Positions 36,208 through 45,569 of a stretch of 46,249 nucleotides of DNA are shown here, in pieces (position 1 is the stretch's first letter; every line of letters starts with the position of its first letter). The notes beneath the pieces were generated by a model, which was given only the letters and a program-made list of their open reading frames with translations, made no database searches and was not told the origin of the DNA. The stretch comes from Candidatus Micrarchaeota archaeon. GTDB taxonomy: Archaea > Micrarchaeota > Micrarchaeia > Norongarragalinales > UBA8480. The translations under genes were made by a program, and so were the position numbers. Where the stretch lies: positions 1 through 46,249 of the forward strand of contig CAYMAH010000064.1 in assembly GCA_964388435.1 (NCBI GenBank). The letters are read 5' to 3'.

Positions 36208-37060
36208 TTTTAATTATCTGCTCTAACATTTTTTTGAAATCCTTTAAATCCTCTCTTTTCAAACCTAATTCAACGGTTGCTTTCAGAAACTCCATTTTGT
36301 CTCCAACGCTGTAAACCCTTCCATTTATAACGTGCGCTAAAGCTTTATGCTTTTTCGCTAGTTTTAAAGTAGCGTCAGGAAGAAGATACTCTCCTTTGGA
36401 AATAGGTATTGAATCAATCGCGTCGAATATTTCAGGCGTGAAAACGTACCTTCCCATAGACGCTAGGTTAGACGGCGCTTTCTCAGGCTTTGGTTTTTCT
36501 ATAAAATCTTCTATTTCAAGAGTTTTTGAATCGATTTTTCTTCCTTTCACAATCCCAAACTTGTGAATTTCTTCCATTTTAACCTCTTCCACTCCTATGA
36601 CGCTTGCTTTGTGCTTTTCCATCACCATTTCAAGCTGTTTGATTGAAGGTGTTTTGCTTTCTACAATAACATCCCCTAGAAGAACCGCAAACTCCTCCCC
36701 GTCTAGGTGGTTCTTTGCGGTTCTTATAGCGTCAGCCAGGCCAAGCTGCTCTTTTTGCCTTACGTAAAAAATGTCGGCCATTTTTGAAACGTTTTCTACA
36801 ATGTCAAGCTTTTCCTTGTCTCCCTTGTTTTTCAAGACATGTTCAAGCTCAAAACTCTTGTCAAAATAATTTTCAATGGAATACTTTCCCCTTCCTGTGA
36901 CTATTATTATATCTTCAATTCCGCTTTTCAGCGCTTCCTCTACAATGTATTGAATGACTGGCTTGTCGATGATTGGAAGCATTTCCTTTGGCATTGCTTT
37001 TGTTATTGGTAGAAATCTTGTTCCAAAGCCCGCTGCTGGTATTACCGCTTTTCTAATCAT
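36194..37060 (-). CDS. galU: UTP--glucose-1-phosphate uridylyltransferase
   Basis: KAVIPAAGFGTRFLPITKAMPKEMLP, VRQKEQLGL, IEKP. Confidence 0.95.
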   Translation of the reverse strand: MIRKAVIPAAGFGTRFLPITKAMPKEMLPIIDKPVIQYIVEEALKSGIEDIIIVTGRGKYSIENYFDKSFELEHVLKNKGDKEKLDIVENVSKMADIFYVRQKEQLGLADAIRTAKNHLDGEEFAVLLGDVIVESKTPSIKQLEMVMEKHKASVIGVEEVKMEEIHKFGIVKGRKIDSKTLEIEDFIEKPKPEKAPSNLASMGRYVFTPEIFDAIDSIPISKGEYLLPDATLKLAKKHKALAHVINGRVYSVGDKMEFLKATVELGLKREDLKDFKKMLEQIIKNGFD

Positions 37061-37992
37061 TTTTTCAACAACTCTCTTTTGAGTTTTTCAACCAATTCCA
37101 CCTTCCACGGATCAACGCCGTAAAGCTTTGCGAGTCTTACCGTCAAAAAATTAAAATAATGCAGGTAATAAAAAGCGTCCTGCAGGAGTGTTTTGCCTGG
37201 AGAGTTCAATTCAATTACTTTAACTCCCTTTTGTTCGAGAAAACTTTTTGTTATTTTCATTCTTTTCCTGATTTTTTCACTGTCAACCGCGCTTTTAAGG
37301 TAGAAAACCACGAACTTTGAATTTAAATTTTCAAAGCCGTTCATCTCATTGTGATTTAACTCTGGAAAAACGTTGAAAAAAGCCGGTGTTTTAGCATTCT
37401 CGTTGAATTTTATTTTACATGCCCTTCCAACTCCTTCCAAAAGAGAATTGGTGTAAATGAGCGGGGTTTTTCCAAGGCATTCCTTTTCCATTGTTTTGAA
37501 CTCCTGCTTTTCAAGCCAGTCGCCTGTTTTTTTCACTTCTTTTATATTGCTTGTCAAGCCGAGAGTGTCAAGAGTTTTAGTGAAGGAGTAGAAAAAGTAA
37601 CCGAAAGCGTTTCTTGGTTGGATGCCACTTGGAATTTTAACCAAAGACAAGTTGTTTTTTATTGCCATTTCAGTCAAAACGCCTCCATTTGAATAAACTA
37701 TGATTTGAATTTTTCTTTTCAAACCCTCTTTCAAAGCGCTTATTGTTTCTTCAGTATTACCGGAGTAAGAACAAGCCAATAAAAGAGTGTTTTTTGTTGT
37801 TCTCGGAAGGCCGTAATCGCGGTGGATTTCAAATGGAATATCCAGATTAGAATAACTTTTTAACAGCTCGCCGGGCAGCGCGCTACCTCCCATACCTGCT
37901 AGGATTATTTTATCTATTTTCGTTTTTTTAAATTTTAACTTAAAATCCAAACCTTTTGACAGTTGAACTGGAAATCCGTTGATTTCATCCAT
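37057..37992 (-). CDS. Bifunctional phosphoglucose/phosphomannose isomerase
   Basis: GMGGSA, SYSGNTEET, QPRNA, FNENAK, PELNHNE. Confidence 0.93.
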   Translation of the reverse strand: MDEINGFPVQLSKGLDFKLKFKKTKIDKIILAGMGGSALPGELLKSYSNLDIPFEIHRDYGLPRTTKNTLLLACSYSGNTEETISALKEGLKRKIQIIVYSNGGVLTEMAIKNNLSLVKIPSGIQPRNAFGYFFYSFTKTLDTLGLTSNIKEVKKTGDWLEKQEFKTMEKECLGKTPLIYTNSLLEGVGRACKIKFNENAKTPAFFNVFPELNHNEMNGFENLNSKFVVFYLKSAVDSEKIRKRMKITKSFLEQKGVKVIELNSPGKTLLQDAFYYLHYFNFLTVRLAKLYGVDPWKVELVEKLKRELLKK

Positions 37993-38131
37993 GTTATTCT
38001 ACCTTTAAAATTTTTTAATTTGCAATTAATATTTAAAATAATGCAAAAATTACTTGATTTGCTTAATTTTTAAACCTATTCTTTTTTTTAATAGGTAAGG
38101 CTTGAAATAACCTGGTTTTAAATATTTTGAA

Positions 38132-39148
38132 CTAGAACCATTTTTGAAGCCGGTTTTGAGTGGAGCCAACGTCCTTAAAGCCTCTTTTAACCGCGTTTTC
38201 AACTCTGTCCTTGCTGAAGCCATAGTCAACCATGAATTCGGTTAATTCATTTTTTTGAACGATTCCTATTTTAAGGTTGTCTTTTTCAATTTCAGCCACT
38301 TCCGGCTTTAGGAATAAATCTTCAACTTCGCTCCATTCCATTTTTTCATTTAATTCTTTCAGTATTTCATCGAATGAATCGTGTTTTTTGACTAGTTTCA
38401 ACGCCTTCTTTGCGCCTATTCCCATCACTCCCTCGTTAAAATCCGTTCCGCTTAGCATTCCAATCCAAACGAGTTTTTTTCTGTTGATTCCAAGTTGTTC
38501 CAAATTTTTCTTCAATTCATACTCTTCAGGTGTTATTTCAATATATGCGTTTCTGTTAGGGATTTTTTTCCTCCCGCTTATGGCAATATTCCTTGCTAGA
38601 ATCGGAGTTCCGAAAAGCATGCAGTCAAAATCCTGCGATGCCGTGACATCGGTAACTCCTATTTCAGTCATGTAGCTGCACTGCGCCTCCCCTTCTGAAG
38701 GAGCTTGAACCCATGGAAGCCCCATTAAATCCAAAAGCTTTTTGACTTCGCCAACCATATCCCTTGTCAATCGCGATGTTCTCTGGGCGTACTTGCTTGC
38801 GTCTTCTTTTCTCCCTTCTTCAATTGCTTTTTGAAACGCTTTTTCAGCCTCTATTTTCATATTTTCCCTTTCCTCTATTGTTTTTTTCTTTAGAATGGAA
38901 GGCCTGCCGTCAAAAACATAGATTGGAGTTATATTTTTTTCAAGAAGGGAGCAGGTTCTGTAGAACAAGCCGCTTAAGTGGCTTGTCACCCTTCCCTTTT
39001 CATCCATTAAAGGAGTTCCATTGTAAGACCTTATGATGCTTATAAATTGAAATAAAGTGTTGTATGCATCTACCGCGAGTTTTTTTCCGCTCAACTCTTC
39101 AAGACTGACTTCTTTTTTCTCAAGGATTCCGCCTATCTTAACCCCCAT
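38132..39148 (-). CDS. fen: Flap endonuclease 1
   Basis: MGVKI, AVDAYNTLFQF, TSHLSGLFYR, APSEGEAQ, SQDFD, GTDFN, PIP box QNRLQKWF. Confidence 0.97.
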   Translation of the reverse strand: MGVKIGGILEKKEVSLEELSGKKLAVDAYNTLFQFISIIRSYNGTPLMDEKGRVTSHLSGLFYRTCSLLEKNITPIYVFDGRPSILKKKTIEERENMKIEAEKAFQKAIEEGRKEDASKYAQRTSRLTRDMVGEVKKLLDLMGLPWVQAPSEGEAQCSYMTEIGVTDVTASQDFDCMLFGTPILARNIAISGRKKIPNRNAYIEITPEEYELKKNLEQLGINRKKLVWIGMLSGTDFNEGVMGIGAKKALKLVKKHDSFDEILKELNEKMEWSEVEDLFLKPEVAEIEKDNLKIGIVQKNELTEFMVDYGFSKDRVENAVKRGFKDVGSTQNRLQKWF

Positions 39149-39319
39149 TTCACAAAACCTTTTTTTTTAATTAAAATATTTTTTCAATGTTATACCTGCA
39201 AAAATTATTTTTTCAAAAAAACTTTAACAAAGTATTAAATCAAAACATTTAATTAACTTTTTCAACCCAAATTTTACCCTGTATTTTTTTATATAAATAA
39301 AAAAAGGTGTTTTGGCAAA

Positions 39320-40156
39320 ATGGTGTTGGATGATAAAACCAAAAAGGACGTTGAGCAAATATTCGGCGTTATAGACTCGGAAGTAAAATTAAAAGTTTTC
39401 ATCAATGGCAATGAATATTCTTTGAAAACAAAGGAGATTCTGGACGAGCTTGCGCAGATAAATCAGCACTTGAAATTTGAGTTTTTTGATGAGAAGGAAG
39501 CTGAAAATCAAAAAGTTGAAATGCTTCCGGCAATACAATTCTCTGAAAACGCTTTTTATCATGGAATACCGTCAGGATACGAGTTTCAAACAATTATAGA
39601 AATAATAGTGCAAAAAGCTGTTAATATTTTCAACTTAAATCAAAAAGTTCAGGAGAAAATTAAAAAAATAGGAAAAAAATCATTTGTAAAGGTTTTCGTA
39701 ACTCCAACCTGTCCTTACTGTCCCAGAATGGCTAAAATAGCCCTTCAATCGGCTCTTTTAAATAAAAATATAATTTCAGACGTTTACGAGGCGAATGAGT
39801 TTCAGGAAATATCTGAGAAATACGAGGTTATGGGCGTGCCTAAGACAGTAATAAACGAGGTTAAAAATTTTGAAGGGGCTGTTCCTGAAGCTGCTTTCGT
39901 AAGCGAGCTTCTGCAGGCTTCGGGAATAATTGAAGAAAAAAAGAAGTATTATTATTCAAAAAAAGACAATCTTTTGTACGAGGAGAAAAAGTCTGATTCT
40001 GAGGAGGTTGAAAACCCTCTTGAAAAAATGGAGGCTCTTGAAAATGGAGACAAGATAATGAATAAGTCGAAATTCATTCTTGAAAAGCTGTTTGAACAAT
40101 ACCCCGAGCTTGAGCATGTTTCAAAGCACATTCTCGGGGAAGTGCACGATGAATGA
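39320..40156 (+). CDS. Protein disulfide oxidoreductase (PDO-like, two thioredoxin folds)
   Basis: GIPSGYEF, VFVTPTCPYCP, VMGVPKTVIN; N-terminal CxxC absent. Confidence 0.85.
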   Translation: MVLDDKTKKDVEQIFGVIDSEVKLKVFINGNEYSLKTKEILDELAQINQHLKFEFFDEKEAENQKVEMLPAIQFSENAFYHGIPSGYEFQTIIEIIVQKAVNIFNLNQKVQEKIKKIGKKSFVKVFVTPTCPYCPRMAKIALQSALLNKNIISDVYEANEFQEISEKYEVMGVPKTVINEVKNFEGAVPEAAFVSELLQASGIIEEKKKYYYSKKDNLLYEEKKSDSEEVENPLEKMEALENGDKIMNKSKFILEKLFEQYPELEHVSKHILGEVHDE

Positions 40157-40397
40157 TTTTTAATTGTTTGGGCTTGTGAAATTCCCTTGCGTTTCACACA
40201 TGCGGATGAAATAAGTCCCGCAGTGTTCTAATCTTTCACTCTGGTAATTTTTGTGACGTGGTTTTGAATTTTTTACTGTCAGCTTTACAGTTAAGACGAA
40301 ACCCCAAAGTTTACGTGGGGGGGCATGTCATAACATGAAAATATAAAAGATTAAATATCTGTGATTTTCTATGTTTATTCAACGCCTGTGAAGTTTT

Positions 40398-40919
40398 ATG
40401 GATGAAATAGAAAAAAAGAAGATTGAAAATGCATTGTCAAACCTTGAAAGCACTGAAAACAAGATAAGTTTTGTTCATAATCTTTTAAAAAACAATCCTA
40501 AGAAAGAGTTTCAAAATTTTTTGAATGACAAGCTGGAGTATTTTTATATAAAGCATTACAAAGAGAATTATAAAAACCCGCAGATGGCGGTTGACTTTTA
40601 CGCCGGCCTTGGCAAAAAAGAAGCTGAAAAAATAGCTGGAATGTTCAATAGATATAAAGACCCTTCAATGGCTTCTTACATTCTCAAAAAAATAGGAAAT
40701 TATTCTGGGGCTAGAAAGATTTGGACTGAACTAAACCAGCCTTTTATGGTTGTGAGAATGTACGAAGAGCAGGCTGAAGCGGAGAAAAACAAGTACAAGA
40801 GAAAAAAGTATTTTCTAAAAGCAGCTGAAATCTGGAAAGAATTCGGAGAATCAGAAAAAGCAAAAGAGAACTACCGCAGGGCGGGTTTCATTGAATTTTT
40901 GAAATCAAGGTTCAAATAA
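40398..40919 (+). CDS. Hypothetical helical-repeat protein
   Basis: 173-aa ATG ORF with a TPR/SNAP-like pattern (KAAEIWKEFGESEKAKENYRRAG). Confidence 0.65.
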   Translation: MDEIEKKKIENALSNLESTENKISFVHNLLKNNPKKEFQNFLNDKLEYFYIKHYKENYKNPQMAVDFYAGLGKKEAEKIAGMFNRYKDPSMASYILKKIGNYSGARKIWTELNQPFMVVRMYEEQAEAEKNKYKRKKYFLKAAEIWKEFGESEKAKENYRRAGFIEFLKSRFK

Positions 40920-41002
40920 AAAGAGGGGAATCAGCACTCAAGATCTATTTCATAAGCATTCAAGCTTCAACACTCATTTTTGTCATCATAAGAAAAGAGG
41001 GA

Positions 41003-41025
41003 AAGGAGCTTTTTCGGGGCTCCTT
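41003..41025. terminator. Hairpin between convergent genes
   Basis: AAGGAGC...GCTCCTT stem, followed by a U-rich tract on the minus strand. Confidence 0.45.
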
Positions 41026-41065
41026 CCAACCAAAAAATGTTAATCAAAAAAATTTTTTTATAATT

Positions 41066-41110
41066 TTATTTTCTTTTCTTTTTTGCTGTCTTCTTTTTAG
41101 CTTTTGCCAA
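41066..41110 (-). CDS. Lysine-rich micropeptide MAKAKKKTAKKKRK
   Basis: GAGGTGA RBS (41116-41122) 5 nt before TTG; 14 codons; downstream hairpin. Confidence 0.55.
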   Translation of the reverse strand: MAKAKKKTAKKKRK

Positions 41111-41196
41111 TTCTTTCACCTCTTTTTATTTTTTAATTAGTGTTGTCGCAACTTGTATTTAATTGTTGCGCCTATTTTTTTTGAAAACCGACTGTT

Positions 41197-42438
41197 TTAG
41201 ACGAATTTAAGTATTTTTTTAGAAAGTTTGGCGTTTGTTTTGTTTTCAATTTCAAGAAGCCTGTTATATTTTGAGGTTCTCTCCGCTCTTGCTGGAGCGC
41301 CTGTTTTAATTTGGCCCGTGTTTATTCCAACGCTTAAATCGGCTATGAAACTGTCTTCTGTGTCTCCGCTTCTGTGGCTTACTATTATCTCGTAATTGTT
41401 TTTTTTGCAAAGCCCGGCTGTTTCAAGGGCTTCTGTTAGAGTTCCGATTTGATTGATTTTCAAGAGCAGGGCGTTTCCGCTATCCTGTTTTATTCCCTGT
41501 TTGAGTCTTTCGATGTTGGTGGTGAACAAGTCATCTCCTATCACCTGGGTTTTTAGCGATTTTATTTCTGAAAAACTCTTGAAATCATTTTCATTGAAGG
41601 GGTCTTCTATGCTTATCATGTCGTAATCTTCCACCAACTTTTCGTAGTAATCAAAGAGTTGGTTTTTGTCAAGCGTTTTGCCGTCGATTAGATACCTGTT
41701 GTTTTTGTAGAAGCTGTTTGAAGCGCAGTCCAAGCCCAGAAAGACTTTTCCAGAGTATCCCGATTTTTCAATTGCTTTTTCAATGAAGTCCAGTGCTTCC
41801 CTTGTTTTTGAGATGTTTGGGGCGAACCCTCCTTCATCACCCACGTTTTTAGCGCTCAAGCCGATTTTATTTATGAGAATGTTTTCAAGCTCGTGGTAAA
41901 CTTCCACTCCTGCTCTCAGAGATTCTTTGAAATAATCGAATTTTGCGGGTATTACCTGGAATTCTTGTATTGAAAGTTTGTTGCCAGCGTGCATTCCCCC
42001 GTTTAAAATGTTCATCAATGGAACCGGCATTTCCTTTTTTTTAGAATCAAAGCAGTTGTAAAACTCTTTTCCCTTTACGTTGCAGGCTGTTTTGAAAGCC
42101 GCTATCGAAAGCGCGGTGCTTGTGTTCCCTCCAATTTTTGATTTGTTTTTTGTTCCGTCGTAATCGATTATTATCTTGTCTATTTGCTTTTGTTTTTCTA
42201 CGTCAATTCCGACGAGTTTTTTTGAAACCTCGTTTAGTCTGCCTATTGCTTTCAAAACCCCTTTGCCGTCAAACCTTTTTCCTCCGTCTCTTAGTTCGAC
42301 CGCTTCGTGGCTTCCTGTTGAAGCGCCACTCGGTGCTATTGCTTTTCCCTTGAAGCCCCCTGCTTTTACCTCGACTTCTATTGTGGGGTTGCCTCTCGAG
42401 TCCAGAACCTCCAATCCCTTGATTTCGGTTATTTTCAT
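41197..42438 (-). CDS. eno: Enolase
   Basis: LDSRGNPT, PSGASTG, GDEGGFAP, LLKINQIGT, SHRSGDTED; the ORF track extends to a TTG at 42459. Confidence 0.97.
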   Translation of the reverse strand: MKITEIKGLEVLDSRGNPTIEVEVKAGGFKGKAIAPSGASTGSHEAVELRDGGKRFDGKGVLKAIGRLNEVSKKLVGIDVEKQKQIDKIIIDYDGTKNKSKIGGNTSTALSIAAFKTACNVKGKEFYNCFDSKKKEMPVPLMNILNGGMHAGNKLSIQEFQVIPAKFDYFKESLRAGVEVYHELENILINKIGLSAKNVGDEGGFAPNISKTREALDFIEKAIEKSGYSGKVFLGLDCASNSFYKNNRYLIDGKTLDKNQLFDYYEKLVEDYDMISIEDPFNENDFKSFSEIKSLKTQVIGDDLFTTNIERLKQGIKQDSGNALLLKINQIGTLTEALETAGLCKKNNYEIIVSHRSGDTEDSFIADLSVGINTGQIKTGAPARAERTSKYNRLLEIENKTNAKLSKKILKFV

Positions 42439-42482
42439 TTGTAGAATTATTTTTTTCAAATGGTTTATTAAGTCTTTTCTTG

Positions 42483-42863
42483 TTATTTAACCACCTTTAT
42501 GTTAATCATTTTAAGTCTTTCAAAATCTCTGTCTTCTGTTATCAATTCCTCTCCATTTGCAATGCATATCGCTGAAATCAAAATATCATTCTCGTTTATG
42601 AGGGTTCCCTTGCTTTTTAGTTCTTTGTAAATCCTGGCGGCTTCTATGGAAGATTTTTTGTCAAAACTCAGTGTCCTAATTCTAGATAGAAAGCTGCCAA
42701 GAGCGCTCTCCTGTTTTTTGTTTGAAAAATGCTTCAAAAGCTCATACTCTGTCACAGAAGTTATTACTATCTCCCTTCCCTTTGCCAAGTCAAAAGTAAC
42801 TTTTGAAACTGTCTCATTGCCCTGCAGAATGCTTATAACAATGCTTGTATCAAAGCAGGTCAT
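42483..42863 (-). CDS. vapC: VapC PIN-domain toxin
   Basis: CFDTSIVI, TEYEL, NDILISA, LITEDRDF. Confidence 0.92.
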   Translation of the reverse strand: MTCFDTSIVISILQGNETVSKVTFDLAKGREIVITSVTEYELLKHFSNKKQESALGSFLSRIRTLSFDKKSSIEAARIYKELKSKGTLINENDILISAICIANGEELITEDRDFERLKMINIKVVK

Positions 42864-43084
42864 ACCCCTCTCCCTTTGTTGATCTTCCTTTCAAGTGCTA
42901 TTTGAGCTTTTATGGCCTCCAAGTCATCTTTTTGGTTTCTGAGAATTCCGAAAAATCTGGTTACCTCATTTGACTCGTCCTTCTTGATCATTGTCCTTAT
43001 AACATCCGAAAATGACATGTCGTCTTTTTTTCTCTTTGATAGTGCATTGTAAACGTCATCAGCCAATGAAACCAGTTTTGACAA
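42860..43084 (-). CDS. vapB: Antitoxin VapB family
   Basis: KLVSLADDVYNALSKRK...SFSDVI; ATGA overlap with vapC; TTG start after AGGTGA. Confidence 0.88.
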   Translation of the reverse strand: MSKLVSLADDVYNALSKRKKDDMSFSDVIRTMIKKDESNEVTRFFGILRNQKDDLEAIKAQIALERKINKGRGV

Positions 43085-43186
43085 GCGAATCACCTTTTTT
43101 TAATATAAACATAAATATATATAAAGTTTTCTAAAGGTATGTGGCTGAACAAAAGCATTTTTTATTGCATTGTCTAAATTCTTTCA

Positions 43187-43612
43187 ATGTTCCCGCCAAG
43201 GCTTAAGAAAACAGGAAGCCCGCCCTCGTTTGATTATTCAATTTACGGAATGAAAGAATCTAATGTTTCGGGAATTCCGTTGAGAGTGGATGGTTGGCTT
43301 ACTGCAAGCCTTGAATATGAAGTTGTTTTCAAGTGCGATGTTTGCGGTAAGGAGGTGTTCAATCAAAAGATTCAGGGGTTCCCGTTTCAAGTTAAAACGA
43401 CGGAAGACGTTGATTTTTCAAAGATTCAAAGTCTTGACATTGAAATCTTCAACAACATCGGAAGGCACGTTTTCTTTGAAAACCACTACTCGTTCCAATG
43501 TCCTTTGTGCGGGAGGTGGGTTGGAAAGAATCACGATGACTGTTTTGATCACAGGCTAGGTGTTTGCGTTTTCTGCGGCAATTTCATTAAACAAGATTCT
43601 GGCGTTTGGTAA
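43187..43612 (+). CDS. Hypothetical zinc-binding protein
   Basis: CDVC, CPLC and CVFC motifs. Confidence 0.7.
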   Translation: MFPPRLKKTGSPPSFDYSIYGMKESNVSGIPLRVDGWLTASLEYEVVFKCDVCGKEVFNQKIQGFPFQVKTTEDVDFSKIQSLDIEIFNNIGRHVFFENHYSFQCPLCGRWVGKNHDDCFDHRLGVCVFCGNFIKQDSGVW

Positions 43613-44029
43613 TTATATATCAAGCAGAATCCTGACACTCCATTTTTTGTTTTTTTTGAGTTCAAATTCATGGAAGGTCGCCGCTTTGACTGCGATTTTT
43701 CCAAGCTCTGGTTTTTGCCTGCAGCCGTAAACAATTGCGGTTAACTCTGGCTTTTTGTAGTCTAGCTTCTCTATTTTCATTTTATTGAAGAAAATCTCTT
43801 TCGCGTCGCTTTTTGCTAGCGCGAGGTTTAGGGTTTCTATTATGAGGTTTTCAAGGTTGTTTGCTTTCACGTGTATTTTGATTTTTATGGTTGGCTTGAT
43901 TTTGTTTGTTTTGGATATAGTGGAGAACATTGCTTCTGCTGAGTTTTCTATGGTTTCCTTCAGGTTTTTTCCAAACGCTTGGAAGAGCACGTCGCTCTTG
44001 TGGTCAAGATATTTGAACCTTTGTCTCAT
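43613..44029 (-). CDS. Archease
   Basis: FKYLDHKSDV...AFGKNLKE...VKAATFH...LLDI. Confidence 0.93.
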   Translation of the reverse strand: MRQRFKYLDHKSDVLFQAFGKNLKETIENSAEAMFSTISKTNKIKPTIKIKIHVKANNLENLIIETLNLALAKSDAKEIFFNKMKIEKLDYKKPELTAIVYGCRQKPELGKIAVKAATFHEFELKKNKKWSVRILLDI

Positions 44030-44089
44030 TCATGGCTTCACTGAATAGTATTTTAATTCTTTTCTGATTTAAACTATTTCGGTGTCAAA

Positions 44090-44419
44090 ATGAATTTCAA
44101 TCCAAACCAGATAAAAAGAATGATGGACCAGTTCGGAATCAAAAACCAGGAGATTCCCGCGTCTAGAGTGGTCATTCAGTTGAAGGACGGCGGTGAGATG
44201 GTGATTTCAAATCCCAGCGTTATGATCGTGGACATGCAGGGAAACAAGATGTTTCAGATAAGTGGAACTGTTGAGGAAACCGAGAAAAGCGAGAAGAACG
44301 AGAAGAGCGACGCGGAGCTTGTTGCCGAAAGCGCTGGAGTGGACTTGAAGACGGCTGAAAATGCCCTGAAAGAGAATAACGGGGATATTGCTAAAGCGAT
44401 AATGAAGCTTAAAGAGTGA
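44090..44419 (+). CDS. nac: Nascent polypeptide-associated complex protein
   Basis: NPNQIKRMMDQFGI...VISNPSV...FQISG, UBA-like GDIAKAIMKL. Confidence 0.95.
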   Translation: MNFNPNQIKRMMDQFGIKNQEIPASRVVIQLKDGGEMVISNPSVMIVDMQGNKMFQISGTVEETEKSEKNEKSDAELVAESAGVDLKTAENALKENNGDIAKAIMKLKE

Positions 44420-44519
44420 ATTGTTTTGTTGTTTTTCTCTTTTATTTCTTAAATGTTTTATAAATTTGTGTTTTATGTAACAGTATAACCACAAAAGGGA
44501 GTATAATGTAGTGGGATTC

Positions 44520-44884
44520 TTACCAGATGTCTATTTTTAGATTGTTTATTCTTTCAAAATGCTTTTTCTTGTGACTATTATCTTGCCTTTGCTTAATGCT
44601 ATTTGCTGCTATCATCACGTCCGCTTGATCCAGCGTCATTCCTTTTTGTTTTAAGTCGTTCATTATTCTTCCAGCGGTTTGGGATGACTTGAAGTCAAAG
44701 GCCTCTATCGAGTCAAAGCAATGAGGGAAAGTCGGAAACCAGAGGCAGGGTGTCTTTTGTATTTCTGAAGTTTGAACGCGCCTTCGAACAATTCAAATGG
44801 GTTTATGGTGGTTGTTTCCAGGGGAACGCATAGATTTTTAAGCTCTTCAATTTTTTGTTTTGCATCTTTGCCGATTTTTGTCAT
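44520..44884 (-). pseudogene. vapC: Degraded vapC (PIN) pseudogene
   Basis: Fragments TTTINPFELFEGA / FDFKSSQTAGRIMNDLKQKGMTLDQADVMIAA / IIVTR / HFERINNLKIDIW* spread across frames; the N-terminal DT motif is missing. Confidence 0.8.
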
Positions 44885-44995
44885 GTTGGTATATATGCAT
44901 TTAAAAACTTTAGCTTTCTTGACTCACTCAACGTTTTGGTCTTTTTTGCGTTTTATCAATAGGTTTATTATTGTTTATTTTGAATTTTAGAATTC

Positions 44996-45493
44996 ATGAG
45001 TTTGCAAGGTTCGTTGTTGAAGCTTTACTTCGATGTTGAGGATAAATACTATAATTTAATGGATTTTTTCGAAAAACTGAAAATCCCTGTTTACGAGTTT
45101 TTCGTCCACCCTATCGAGAACAGGAGGGTTCCGAGTTTTCCTGTTTTCGTTTTGATTATTTTGATAGTGATTTTTCTTTTGTATGGTTTGGTTTTTAAAA
45201 CCTCAAGCCAGGCTTTGAGTTTGACGCTCTCGATTTCAGGCTCTCAAAACGCGCGGTTAAGTGTTTTTCAGGGGTCTGTAACATTTACAAAAACCGTTTC
45301 GCAGGGTGGTTTTTATGTTTTCAACGTTTCTAGGGGAGAGGTTTTGATCAAGGTTTCAAGTAGTGGCTTTGCCGAAAACATTACAACGTTGAATATTGAA
45401 AGTGACACTGCTTTTACCATCAAGCTTCAGCCGCTGCCTTCACCGCCAAACAACGCTCCTATTCCAAGTCTGTCCGGAATAACAATTCCTTGA
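44996..45493 (+). CDS. Membrane protein with a conserved DPANN-type N-terminus (EDKYY...PSFP + TM)
   Basis: LYFDVEDKYYNLMDFFEKLKIPVY...PSFPVF, TM segment, short beta-sandwich domain. Confidence 0.7.
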   Translation: MSLQGSLLKLYFDVEDKYYNLMDFFEKLKIPVYEFFVHPIENRRVPSFPVFVLIILIVIFLLYGLVFKTSSQALSLTLSISGSQNARLSVFQGSVTFTKTVSQGGFYVFNVSRGEVLIKVSSSGFAENITTLNIESDTAFTIKLQPLPSPPNNAPIPSLSGITIP

Positions 45494-45569
45494 AAAAAAT
45501 TCTCAGAATCCAACGCAAAGAAAAGCTTTTTAAAACATATTAACTTAATAGGTTAGTTGATTTGTTTTC

